Sequence record: MN794232.1
Direction: 5' to 3' (one strand)
DNA: 64,000 nt
This document shows positions 17,479 to 26,377 of this stretch, in pieces. A program made the translations under genes and the position numbers. The notes under the pieces are model-generated. The model saw nothing but the letters and a program-made list of their open reading frames with translations. It searched no databases and was not told the origin of the DNA. How positions within the stretch are numbered: the stretch's first letter is position 1; each line of letters begins with the position of its first letter.

Positions 17479-17532
17479 TTAGTAGAATTAGTAGTTTTAG
17501 TGAAGTTAGAGATATTAGTAGTATTAGGAGAT
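17479..17532. repeat. Six tandem 9-bp units, each starting TTAG
   Basis: ttagtagaa ttagtagtt ttagtgaag ttagagata ttagtagta ttaggagat. Confidence 0.8.
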
Positions 17533-17554
17533 TGAAAATGACTTGAAAAAGTTG

Positions 17555-17583
17555 TTGACAGTCTCCTTTTTTGATCGTACTAT
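17555..17583 (+). promoter_or_regulatory. Early promoter
   Basis: TTGACA-17 bp-TACTAT. Confidence 0.75.
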
Positions 17584-17617
17584 ACAGTCCTTGAAACAAA
17601 TTATGTGAGTGAAGACT

Positions 17618-18145
17618 ATGAGCTTGAGTGAACGTGAAGAAGAGCTAAAAGCATTAGCGATTGACCATGTGTGTGACGATGAAGTTGCTGTCACCGTTTC
17701 ATGCGCTGGTATGAGTAATTACTACACTGTTTGCCCGTCAGAGTTCAAAGACTTTTTGGACAACCATGAGGGAACATCTTATGTAGCATTTGAATGGCAC
17801 AACATCCCAGATGATTTACAAGATGAAGAACTAGACTTCGATGGTCTACTTGCTTGGTTCAATCTAGATGAACATGAGCGTGAAATCTGCGAAGCATTGT
17901 ATGATAATAACGTTTGTATGTCATACGAAGATGCAGCCGAGAAAGTTGCTGACTGTTGGGTTTTTGAAGGCACGAGCGAAGACTATGCAAGACATGTAAC
18001 GTCTGAATTAATGGGCATTCGCTTAGAAGATATGCCTGTCATTGTAAGCAGCAACATCAACTGGGGTGATGTATTCATCGACCTTGACGCAGAAGGTAGT
18101 ATCTACGAAATTGGTCGCGACAAATACTTAACAGTACACGGTTAA
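17618..18145 (+). CDS. Acidic ArdA-like antirestriction protein (tentative)
   Basis: About 24% D/E; C-terminal EDYAR...MP...INW..V..DL..EG pattern resembles ArdA. Confidence 0.5.
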   Translation: MSLSEREEELKALAIDHVCDDEVAVTVSCAGMSNYYTVCPSEFKDFLDNHEGTSYVAFEWHNIPDDLQDEELDFDGLLAWFNLDEHEREICEALYDNNVCMSYEDAAEKVADCWVFEGTSEDYARHVTSELMGIRLEDMPVIVSSNINWGDVFIDLDAEGSIYEIGRDKYLTVHG

Positions 18146-18147
18146 AA

Positions 18148-18726
18148 ATGAGTAGCACAAAAGGTAACGTTAACAAAGACGATTACTACGCTACGCCAGA
18201 CTGGATTGTTGAAGAGTTTCTTGAAAATTTCGAGAGACGGATACACACAACTCATCATTTGAGTATGTCTGCTATGTATGTTCTTGACCCATCATGTGGT
18301 GGTTGTTCTGAACACAAAGCAGCATATCCAGTAGCTTACAAGAAATTGTATCATGTCGATATTGACACAATGGATATTCGTGAAGACAGTCACGCGCAAA
18401 TTATCGCGAACTATCTCGAAACTGATGTTCAGAAGAATCATTACGACATGATCATGACGAACCCGCCGTTCAGCTTATCAGTTGATTTTGCTGAGAAAGC
18501 ATTGAGTGAAATCAAGAACGGTGGTTATGTCGTCATGCTACAGCGTCTGAACTGGCTAGGTAGTATCAAAAGAAAGCCTTTCTGGGACACAATGCCCCTG
18601 AGAGCAGTGATGGTTCACCATCGTCGACCATCATTCCATGGTACAAAAGGCACAGACTCGATTGAGTACGCGCACTTTGTATTTCAAAAAGGTTACGCAG
18701 GTAAAGCAGAGATTATAGTAATATGA
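18148..18726 (+). CDS. Amino-DNA methyltransferase (N6-adenine type)
   Basis: DYYATP, VLDPSCGG (SAM site), MTNPPF (catalytic), LQRLNWL. Confidence 0.8.
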   Translation: MSSTKGNVNKDDYYATPDWIVEEFLENFERRIHTTHHLSMSAMYVLDPSCGGCSEHKAAYPVAYKKLYHVDIDTMDIREDSHAQIIANYLETDVQKNHYDMIMTNPPFSLSVDFAEKALSEIKNGGYVVMLQRLNWLGSIKRKPFWDTMPLRAVMVHHRRPSFHGTKGTDSIEYAHFVFQKGYAGKAEIIVI

Positions 18727-18932
18727 TTACTTCAGTTGAAACTTATGAAGGTCTACTAGACACATTCGATAAACCACAACCAATGAAAATTGTGACTGGT
18801 GAGATTCACTATTCATTATTTGGCATTCCGTTGCTTCGTCGCAAATGCGAACTATTGCTAGAGACTTACTTGGTTTCAACTGACTCTATGCTCGGTGATG
18901 TTTACATGTGGGACGTGGCAAAACGTTTATGA
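18723..18932 (+). CDS. Hypothetical protein
   Basis: 69 aa; ATGA overlap. Confidence 0.6.
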   Translation: MITSVETYEGLLDTFDKPQPMKIVTGEIHYSLFGIPLLRRKCELLLETYLVSTDSMLGDVYMWDVAKRL

Positions 18933-19306
18933 GAAAATTATTAAGGGAACTTATGTCCAATTTCAAAGCAAATCTAAAAAGTCGCAGTACAATTAAGATC
19001 AATGGTACTGAGTATCACGGTACGAGCGTGACTATCAAAAACGGCAAAGTCGTCGTTGACGGTCGTTTGCAAGGTGACATTGATGATCGCGTGGTGAACG
19101 TGTACATTGATGGTGACTGTACGCTTGTTCAGAACGAGAACGGCAATATTGCATGTCGTAACGTACAAGGTGACGTGTCAACGACTAATGGCGATATTGA
19201 ATGTGACGATGTTAACGGTTCAGTATCATCAACGAACGGCGACATTAAATGCTGTGATGTTGGCGGTAACGTAAGCACAACCAACGGGGATATTATCCGA
19301 AAATGA
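18929..19306 (+). CDS. Beta-solenoid repeat protein (DUF4097-like)
   Basis: Repeats of V.GDVSTTNGDI.C. Confidence 0.7.
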   Translation: MRKLLRELMSNFKANLKSRSTIKINGTEYHGTSVTIKNGKVVVDGRLQGDIDDRVVNVYIDGDCTLVQNENGNIACRNVQGDVSTTNGDIECDDVNGSVSSTNGDIKCCDVGGNVSTTNGDIIRK

Positions 19307-19575
19307 AAGAACAAACTCGAATCAAAGAAGTAATTGACGGCGCGATTGAGAAAATTGAATCACAATCGACACAAAGTTTCAGCGTGCAAGAATTTACGCC
19401 ATGTGATGTTGTCAATTACTTGCAGGAAATCGGCTACAAAGCTCATGATCTTGAGACAAACGGTTGGCAAGTTGACTTCTGGCAAGATTTCAGCAAAGAC
19501 GGCTGCAAGACACTCACCTTTTCAGGTAGCTGGTACTTTGGTCAAGCTACATTGAGTGAGGCATACAATGACTAA
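19303..19575 (+). CDS. Hypothetical protein
   Basis: 90 aa; ATGA overlap. Confidence 0.7.
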   Translation: MKEQTRIKEVIDGAIEKIESQSTQSFSVQEFTPCDVVNYLQEIGYKAHDLETNGWQVDFWQDFSKDGCKTLTFSGSWYFGQATLSEAYND

Positions 19576-19870
19576 GCAAACAGATTTCTTTGATCGCGAA
19601 ATCAAAGATGGTGACTTTGTTCTGCGTGCTAAGAACTCAGGTCGTACATATACCATGAGCGTGCTTCATGTTGTTGACTTGCCAGACGGTAAGCGCAAGT
19701 ATCTTGAGCTAAGTCGTTGGGGTGGTAGCGGTATCAGTCGTAATGCTAAATTGCCTTGCGGTAGTTCATCTACTATCGTTGAAGCGTCACTTATTGAAAG
19801 CAAATACCCTGATGCGTATCGCGCTGCATTACAAGAAGCTGAACTTCTGCGCATGCCAATCCCGCAATAA
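19568..19870 (+). CDS. Hypothetical protein
   Basis: DFFDREIKDGDFV start; GAGG RBS. Confidence 0.7.
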   Translation: MTKQTDFFDREIKDGDFVLRAKNSGRTYTMSVLHVVDLPDGKRKYLELSRWGGSGISRNAKLPCGSSSTIVEASLIESKYPDAYRAALQEAELLRMPIPQ

Positions 19871-19873
19871 TGC

Positions 19874-19901
19874 TTGACACGTGTTGTCAGTCGTGTATAA
19901 T
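19874..19901 (+). promoter_or_regulatory. Early promoter for the rII operon
   Basis: TTGACA-16 bp-TATAAT; -35 inside TGACA..TGTCA inverted repeat. Confidence 0.7.
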
Positions 19902-19925
19902 TCTCTGTAAACATAGGAGAGCAAT

Positions 19926-20063
19926 ATGATTGACAACATGATAAAAGACATGATCGAGTCAGAAATTGATGTTAATGACATCGTTGATTGTCTAGTTAAC
20001 CAGTACAACGTATCTCACGATGAAGCACTTGAAGCGATTCACGAGGTACTTAACGAAATGTGA
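19926..20063 (+). CDS. Small acidic protein (45 aa)
   Basis: MIDNMIKDMIESE...; AGGAG RBS. Confidence 0.65.
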   Translation: MIDNMIKDMIESEIDVNDIVDCLVNQYNVSHDEALEAIHEVLNEM

Positions 20064-20070
20064 GAAATAT

Positions 20071-22140
20071 ATGATTATCCATACCCCTGATAGCACAGTA
20101 CAAACATCTGGCAAGATGCGCACTGCTGGATTTAATATGAAAGCAAGCGCAAAAGGCTTTCGTATTATCTCGACTACACTATACAAAGACCCAATTCTAG
20201 CTATTGTACGCGAATTGACGTGTAATGGTTGGGATGCGCATCAAATGAACAAAAATCTCGATACTCCGATTCAAGTACACTTACCGAATCAGTTCGAGCC
20301 GTGGTTTAGTGTGAAAGACTTCGGTTGTGGCATGAGCGACGATGAGATCTTTGGCGTGTACACGACTGTGTTTGATTCAACGAAAGATGACTCAAACGAC
20401 GTGATTGGTGCAATGGGTCTAGGTTCAAAAACGCCATTTAGCTACAACAACGGTCAATCGTTCACTGTTAAGTCAACGAAGAATGGTCTGAAAGCTGTTT
20501 ACTCGGCGTATCTAGACAAAGGTGAACCTGCAATCACGTGTATGTCAGAGCCTGCCCCGACTGATGAACCAGACGGGGTTGAAGTCATCGTGCCAGTGCG
20601 TAAAGAAGACTTCAGTCGCTTTAAAGAAGCTGCAAATCAAGTAATGCCGTACTTTAAAGCACCTGCTGTTGAGACGAACATCACGCTTTCTGAGCGTAAA
20701 TTCACTCACATGGACGGTTATTTCACTGAAAATAAGAAGAATTCATGGCGTTCTGGTGATGTCTATGCAGTAATGGGCAACGTTTGTTATCCGTTGAGCG
20801 AAAGTCACATCAAAGACATTCAGCTTGTGCGTAATTACTTCAAGAACTCTGACCTATTCATTGAGTTTCCGATTGGTGAGCTAGATGTAAGTGCGTCTCG
20901 TGAAGAACTTCACTATGACGATTACACAATTGAAAACATCAACAAGCGTGTGAACTTAATCAACACAAAGTTCCTCGATGAAGCACAGAAATGGGTAGAT
21001 GACCAGAAATTCTCGCACATCGGTGATGCGTACCGCGCTTGTGACAATCGCTTCAATGATGTTGTAATGAAGAAGCTGACATTTAATGGCGTGTCTGTAA
21101 TGTCTTACTCGCAAAATATGCTGAAAGATTTTGCGATTCTAGGTAAAGTTGTTCAACTTCGCCCTGAATACAGCAACAAAGAAGGTGTTCAGCGTCGTAC
21201 TAACTTTGCTCGTCCGTATGATCTTGTGAACCCTCGCAATGAATACGCGAAAAGTCCAATTCATATTATTGTCGATGATATGAAATCAGGTGGTGTTGCT
21301 ATCGCGAAAGAATACGTTCGTGAAGAAGGTCAAGTGGTGTTTTATCATCACGACGATAAGCCGTCAACGACTGCTGCTCTTGCATTCTTCAAAGAACGTC
21401 TGCGCGATTGCGAATACAAAGTGTTGAAGACTTCTGAACTGAAAGCTAATTACACGCCACAGAAGAAGACTGTCAAGAAAAAGCCAGTATCACCGACTAT
21501 TCGCTTGTATGAAATGCGAATCAACGAAGACGGTGTTCGTACAGTTCAAGCGTCTGACGTGAAGCGCGAAGTGCTGAAGAACGACGAACTGTATTACGTG
21601 AGTTTGTTCCGCGATTACATTGAGAAAACGCCAGAGTGTGGTCATGGTCTAGATTACCATCGTTCTCTTGGAATGATCGAAGAGATTATGCGTATCAAAG
21701 GTCTTGATGTTGTGTACATTGCACGTCGTCCAGAGTACGTACACATCAAAGACAATAAAAACGCTGTGAATATCTTCGATATTAAGTTTAACAAGCGTGA
21801 GTTGCGTAGTAAAATTGACTGGAAATCATACACAGTTGATAACAATCTGTACGGCTATCGCAGTTCGCTAGAGAACACGTGGGCTAACACTGCTGTTCGT
21901 GACCATTTCGGTTACTCGCAGTCTCGTAATACGTGCTGCCAGACGATTGATCGTCTATGTGATAACTTCCCTGCTGTTCGTGAAATTCGCAAAGCAGAGC
22001 AAGAAAAGCACTTGGAAAAGTTACAAACTATCCAAACTGCTCCGAAATACAAGTTGCTGTTTGATTTGGTAAGTTCAAACACCAACACTGAATCAACGCA
22101 AAAACTAATTAAACTCTTGAGAGGAAAACGCAATGGTTAA
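20071..22140 (+). CDS. rIIA: rIIA protein
   Basis: GHKL motifs IVRELTCNGWDAH, DFGCGMS, GAMGLGSK; precedes rIIB. Confidence 0.92.
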   Translation: MIIHTPDSTVQTSGKMRTAGFNMKASAKGFRIISTTLYKDPILAIVRELTCNGWDAHQMNKNLDTPIQVHLPNQFEPWFSVKDFGCGMSDDEIFGVYTTVFDSTKDDSNDVIGAMGLGSKTPFSYNNGQSFTVKSTKNGLKAVYSAYLDKGEPAITCMSEPAPTDEPDGVEVIVPVRKEDFSRFKEAANQVMPYFKAPAVETNITLSERKFTHMDGYFTENKKNSWRSGDVYAVMGNVCYPLSESHIKDIQLVRNYFKNSDLFIEFPIGELDVSASREELHYDDYTIENINKRVNLINTKFLDEAQKWVDDQKFSHIGDAYRACDNRFNDVVMKKLTFNGVSVMSYSQNMLKDFAILGKVVQLRPEYSNKEGVQRRTNFARPYDLVNPRNEYAKSPIHIIVDDMKSGGVAIAKEYVREEGQVVFYHHDDKPSTTAALAFFKERLRDCEYKVLKTSELKANYTPQKKTVKKKPVSPTIRLYEMRINEDGVRTVQASDVKREVLKNDELYYVSLFRDYIEKTPECGHGLDYHRSLGMIEEIMRIKGLDVVYIARRPEYVHIKDNKNAVNIFDIKFNKRELRSKIDWKSYTVDNNLYGYRSSLENTWANTAVRDHFGYSQSRNTCCQTIDRLCDNFPAVREIRKAEQEKHLEKLQTIQTAPKYKLLFDLVSSNTNTESTQKLIKLLRGKRNG

Positions 22141-23170
22141 TTTGCCACTCGAAACAAAACAGTCAATCGTTAAAGCATCTGCAAACGGCATGACACAGAA
22201 AGACAACGCGGCGAAGCATGGGACTTCGCCAACCACCCTGCGCCGTGTGCTTGCTGAACACCGTGAAGGCAAATTCAGCTTAAACACTGCCAAGCAAGTA
22301 GTTAAGCGCCCAGCTAAAGTGAAATCACTTTCGACCGACTTCAAAGCGAATCTAGACGAGTTGCTAGACGCTACTGGCACTAAAGAAGAGCCAAAGACGA
22401 AAGCGCCTGAGCCTGAAAAGACTCTTGACCAGAAGCTAGACGAAGCGATTGAAGATTTCGCTTACGTGATTACGCCAGTTAACGTGTCATTCACGTTCAA
22501 AGGTCAGGCATTTTCTGCTGACATCACAGCTCCGAACTACAGCAAAATCGTTGCTGCATTGCTAGACAACGACGGCGAGCTTGCAGTTTCATTGCTTGAT
22601 GTTGCGAAAGGCATCGAAGAATTCATGCTTGGCAATGTAGTTGTTAAGGGTGGCGTGGTTAAGTACAAAGATCTTGACATCGACGGTGGTATGACTGGTC
22701 GTATTCTTGAAGCAATGGAAGCAGGTGACAAGTCTCAAGTGACTAAGCTTGTTAAGTTCTTCGAAAATCTCATTGAGAACCCATCACGTCGCGCTGTTGA
22801 AGAGCTTTACGGCTTCTTGGAAGCTGCTGACATCGAACTTACCGATGACGGTCACTTCCTAGCGTACAAAAAGATTCGCGACAACTACAAAGACATTCAC
22901 AGTAACACTATGTGCAACAAGCCAGGCACTCGTGTGTGGATGCTACGTCACCAAGTGAACGACGACAAAGATCAAACGTGTTCTGCTGGTCTTCATGTAT
23001 GTTCGAAAGGCTACTTGCCACACTTCGGTGGTGCAGCGGGTACTCGCATCGTGCTTTGTAAAGTGAACCCACGTGATGTTGTGTCGGTACCCTCCGATTA
23101 CAACAATACAAAATTAAGATGTAGCGAGTATCTAGTCTTGAAAGAACTAGACCGCAATACTCTAAAATGA
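22133..23170 (+). CDS. rIIB: rIIB protein
   Basis: N-terminal HTH; FLAYKKIR, CSAGLHVCS, KVNPRDVVSVPSDYN...KLR. Confidence 0.92.
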   Translation: MVNLPLETKQSIVKASANGMTQKDNAAKHGTSPTTLRRVLAEHREGKFSLNTAKQVVKRPAKVKSLSTDFKANLDELLDATGTKEEPKTKAPEPEKTLDQKLDEAIEDFAYVITPVNVSFTFKGQAFSADITAPNYSKIVAALLDNDGELAVSLLDVAKGIEEFMLGNVVVKGGVVKYKDLDIDGGMTGRILEAMEAGDKSQVTKLVKFFENLIENPSRRAVEELYGFLEAADIELTDDGHFLAYKKIRDNYKDIHSNTMCNKPGTRVWMLRHQVNDDKDQTCSAGLHVCSKGYLPHFGGAAGTRIVLCKVNPRDVVSVPSDYNNTKLRCSEYLVLKELDRNTLK

Positions 23171-23322
23171 TTAGTCAAGAACTTATTCGAGTCATTATGT
23201 TCATGCGCGAGAACAATAGTAATCGCGCTGACTACTATAATGATGAGACTGGTGAGATTCATGTGGTAACCCGTCGAGAAGACGGGTTCTACATTGGAAA
23301 GACTAAGATATGTGAACTATGA
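23167..23322 (+). CDS. Hypothetical protein (51 aa)
   Basis: ATGA overlap with rIIB. Confidence 0.55.
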   Translation: MISQELIRVIMFMRENNSNRADYYNDETGEIHVVTRREDGFYIGKTKICEL

Positions 23323-24012
23323 TTTATGTTTGCAGTTATCAAAATGCCAGCGTTTCGATGCTGGCAATGTTGTTTCTTTACCACAATGCGGACACGTTAC
23401 TTTTATGTTGTTTGGGTTATTCTTCTTCATTCGTTCTCGTTTTTGTTCGCGCTCTTCGTCTGACATGTTTTCTGCACGTTTTCTACTTGCTTCCGAAATC
23501 TTTCGACGTGCTTCCTCACTATGAGTCTTGCCATACATGCCGTGATTCTCGCCTGAGTTGGCTTGTGATAACTTAGATTTCGTTTCATCTGACATAGCAC
23601 CTCTTTTCTTACCACGCTTTGCATCTGCCATTTTTCTGCGAGATTCTAATGATGCCTTCTTTCCTTTGTTGTGCGGTGTTGTTCCTTTCTTAGCCGCTGA
23701 CATCTTTCTCTTTGATTCATCTGTGTGTTTATACCCGTTTATTCTCCCTATGCCACCGGGTACTAGATTGTAATTGCTTTCCGATAGTACATACTCTTCA
23801 GTCACAATTTTTGATTCAAGTTCGTACATTTCTTCTTCTGTGCCTGACGCAATAACTTCCATATCTTCAAATGTGATACCATACTTGCGTATTGCTTGAC
23901 CGATTGCGTAATCTTTACGAGCGTGTTCGCTGAATCGACGCTTCAAGTCGATAGTTACTCCGATGTACTCTTTGCCGTTAACCGGATTTGTTATTTTGTA
24001 GAGATAAGCCAT
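23317..24012 (-). CDS. Free-standing GIY-YIG homing endonuclease with NUMOD3-like repeats
   Basis: YLYKITN...YIGVT...RRF.EH; HTDESKRKMS and HSEEARRKIS repeats; C-terminal CPHC...WHFDNCK. Confidence 0.9.
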   Translation of the reverse strand: MAYLYKITNPVNGKEYIGVTIDLKRRFSEHARKDYAIGQAIRKYGITFEDMEVIASGTEEEMYELESKIVTEEYVLSESNYNLVPGGIGRINGYKHTDESKRKMSAAKKGTTPHNKGKKASLESRRKMADAKRGKKRGAMSDETKSKLSQANSGENHGMYGKTHSEEARRKISEASRKRAENMSDEEREQKRERMKKNNPNNIKVTCPHCGKETTLPASKRWHFDNCKHKS

Positions 24013-24043
24013 GTTATGCCCTTTTTCAATTCTTTATACCATG

Positions 24044-24051
24044 TATTTATA
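24044..24051 (-). promoter_or_regulatory. T4-type late promoter
   Basis: Exact TATAAATA on the - strand upstream of the endonuclease. Confidence 0.8.
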
Positions 24052-24098
24052 ATAAGACGACGTGTGTTTGCATACTTATAACCAAAATAATTGTAAAA

Positions 24099-24174
24099 AA
24101 AGGGTTGACTACGGTCAGCCCTTTCTTGTATTATTCTCATATCGAAACGAAACACCGAAAGAGAGAATAATATG
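24099..24174 (+). promoter_or_regulatory. Early promoter stem-loop cassette
   Basis: AAAGGGTTGAC-TACG-GTCAGCCCTTT hairpin holding TTGACT, then TATTAT and ATCGAAACGA...GAGAG leader; first 36 nt identical to 59910-59945. Confidence 0.8.
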
Positions 24175-24486
24175 AAATCTGACCTACGCACTATCCAAAC
24201 TCTAGTAGAACAAAAAGATGTAGCAATCGTTGTTAAAGAACAGTATCGAAATGCACTTGCATTCGCATACGGCTGCATGACTGGCGTTCAGCGTCAAGTA
24301 TACCGAGACTACCACATGAGCGTGCTGGTTGAGAGATTTGACCTTGAATTCTGTGAAGCAAACGAAGTTGTCTTACCTTACGGTGAGTTGAAGTCTGCAA
24401 TCAAATTCATCAAAGATAGCTTGAGCGCGTCTGACTATGACGAACTGAAAGCACTATTTCAATTCAACATTAAACTGCCAGAGTAA
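24172..24486 (+). CDS. Hypothetical protein
   Basis: 104 aa behind promoter cassette. Confidence 0.75.
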   Translation: MKSDLRTIQTLVEQKDVAIVVKEQYRNALAFAYGCMTGVQRQVYRDYHMSVLVERFDLEFCEANEVVLPYGELKSAIKFIKDSLSASDYDELKALFQFNIKLPE

Positions 24487-24491
24487 GAAGC

Positions 24492-25178
24492 ATGAAACGA
24501 TTTAAGAAACACATTAAAAAGTATGACGAGCATGGCGTAGTTCAGTATAATATGCTGATGATATTCGCTTTGATAGTCACAATATCAATGTCAATCGCAC
24601 TTGTTGCGTCAAATATTCTGTTTGCATTTGAGCTTTCAGCTAGTAACGCTAACATCAAAACACCCGGTGATGCATTCTGGACGGTTTGGATGGCTATGAG
24701 CACAATTGGATTTGGTGATCATTATCCCGTAACGACTGGTGGTAGATTTGTTATTGGTTCTATGTTTGTCGTTGGTGCGTCGCTGATTGGTCTTAACATC
24801 GGTATCGCGAATGCGTGGATTACATCTAAGTTCGACAAAAGCATACAGAATCGCGTGTTGAAGAGTCAAAACGATGCTCTATTGCAGAAATTAGATCGTC
24901 TTGAGACACATCTAGGCATCGGTCAAGAGGTGTTGTTTTCGAAAGATGCTCATGGTATAGATACAATGATTGACCAGTATTTTGACAGCAACGACAAAGC
25001 AGAGAGATTTGTTACACTCGGTCAAGATGATAGCGGTCGATATGTCGTGGCAATAAATCAGCAAATCATCGAAACACAAAAGACATCATTGAAATGGCAC
25101 ACGTTCATTAAAGAAGATGATGCGACGAAATTCTACAAAGACACAAGTGAACTATTCCACACGGAGCTATTCATATGA
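24492..25178 (+). CDS. Two-TM potassium-channel-like protein
   Basis: TM1, pore helix DAFWTVW, filter STIGFGDHYP, TM2. Confidence 0.85.
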   Translation: MKRFKKHIKKYDEHGVVQYNMLMIFALIVTISMSIALVASNILFAFELSASNANIKTPGDAFWTVWMAMSTIGFGDHYPVTTGGRFVIGSMFVVGASLIGLNIGIANAWITSKFDKSIQNRVLKSQNDALLQKLDRLETHLGIGQEVLFSKDAHGIDTMIDQYFDSNDKAERFVTLGQDDSGRYVVAINQQIIETQKTSLKWHTFIKEDDATKFYKDTSELFHTELFI

Positions 25179-25684
25179 TTCGTAATATCTTATTTGCTGC
25201 TCTTGCAGCTATGACACTTGCAGCATGTGATAACAATTCTGCGACATTAGACACAAATGCTTACTATGCTGAACAAGAACAGATATTAGTTGAAGCACCG
25301 ACGACTGAAATGTTTGATACACAGCCACCAGTTGTTCAACCTGTACAACAACCTGTACAACAACCTGTACAACAACCGGTGATTATTCAGCAAGACGACG
25401 GGTTTGATCTAGGTGACGCAGCGATTGGTTTTGTTGCTGCTGAATTGATAGATGAAGTTGGTGATGCTTTCGAATCGAAGCATAAGAAGACTTACGTCGC
25501 GCCAGTGAAACAGCCTGTAATTAAGAAAGTTACACCGTATCAAGCGCCTAAAAAGCCTGTAGTAGTTAAGCCAACTGTAGTCAAACCGAGCACAGTTGAG
25601 ACGAAACCTGAGAAAAAAGAGGGTTTTTTCAAGAAAGCAGTCAAAAAGGTTAAAAAAGTTAAGCGTAGTAAACGCAGAAAATAA
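25175..25684 (+). CDS. Putative lipoprotein with VQQP repeats and Lys-rich tail
   Basis: Signal peptide with lipobox LAAC at Cys18. Confidence 0.7.
   Translation: MIRNILFAALAAMTLAACDNNSATLDTNAYYAEQEQILVEAPTTEMFDTQPPVVQPVQQPVQQPVQQPVIIQQDDGFDLGDAAIGFVAAELIDEVGDAFESKHKKTYVAPVKQPVIKKVTPYQAPKKPVVVKPTVVKPSTVETKPEKKEGFFKKAVKKVKKVKRSKRRK
25337..25378 (+). repeat. 12-bp in-frame tandem repeat (CAACCTGTACAA, about 3.5 units)
   Basis: Encodes QPVQQPVQQPVQQP. Confidence 0.85.
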
Positions 25685-25709
25685 AAAAGGGAGCAATCGC
25701 TCCCTTTTT
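25684..25709. terminator. Bidirectional terminator
   Basis: AAAAAGGGAGC-aatc-GCTCCCTTTTT between convergent genes. Confidence 0.85.
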
Positions 25710-25710
25710 G

Positions 25711-26253
25711 CTATTTGTTTTTCGATAAAACATCGAGAATTCTAGCTAATTCAGATTCGATGTGCTCAAGCTCCATTAGATATTCATCTGATTGCTTGAT
25801 GTCACTACGTAGAAGACCTTTTGAAGTCGCAATATCAACGTCGCTATCTAGACTACCACGCAATTTACGTACCAAGAACAACGCACGATTCAAATCACGA
25901 GTGAATACGTTCACTGTCTTGTCAGTGATCTTGTCTTCTGGTATACTCTGATATTTGTTCAGTTTTCTCATGGTTTTCTTCAGTTCTTTGAAGTCTTTAC
26001 GCGCTTGACCGCCAGCGAATAACACGCCACCAATCAAACCATTAAGTCCCATTGAGATACCAGCCCATGCCGCTAATGGCAATGCGATAGAAAGCCCTGC
26101 TGTACCCGGTGCTGCTGCAATTGAAGCACTTGCCATACCTACAAAGCCACCCACTGCTGCGCCGATTGCAGCACTATTCTTAGCCCATTGACCGATAGTT
26201 GCTTCTTTCAACTCATCTGAATTCTTGAATTCATCAAATGTCTTTAGTTCCAT
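25711..26253 (-). CDS. Putative internal head or ejected protein with Gly/Ala hydrophobic hairpin
   Basis: MELKTFDEF...LKEA N-terminus; Gly/Ala-rich hydrophobic segments; TAAATA upstream. Confidence 0.6.
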   Translation of the reverse strand: MELKTFDEFKNSDELKEATIGQWAKNSAAIGAAVGGFVGMASASIAAAPGTAGLSIALPLAAWAGISMGLNGLIGGVLFAGGQARKDFKELKKTMRKLNKYQSIPEDKITDKTVNVFTRDLNRALFLVRKLRGSLDSDVDIATSKGLLRSDIKQSDEYLMELEHIESELARILDVLSKNK

Positions 26254-26278
26254 TCTGTTCACCTTGATTCATGCTCAT

Positions 26279-26351
26279 AAAAAACGAGGGAGCGACTATA
26301 AGTGGAACCAATACTCGCAGTGACCAATGCGATACATAGTCACTACCCTCG
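26279..26351 (-). ncRNA. Candidate structured late leader or small RNA
   Basis: 15-bp outer stem (26285-26299 with 26336-26351, one bulge, one G-U on the - strand), inner UCGCA/UGCGA hairpin, then U6. Confidence 0.4.
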
Positions 26352-26377
26352 AAACTGAGAAAAATGTTTATATGTTA

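Noticed and set aside
20020-20070. rIIA start at 20020
   Set aside because: It overlaps the 45-aa ORF 19926..20063; ATG 20071 follows a GAGA RBS.
23294-24278. Overlapping short ORFs (23294, 23319, 23427, 23558, 23896, 23988, 23991)
   Set aside because: Shadows of the low-complexity GIY-YIG gene and the adjacent promoter region.
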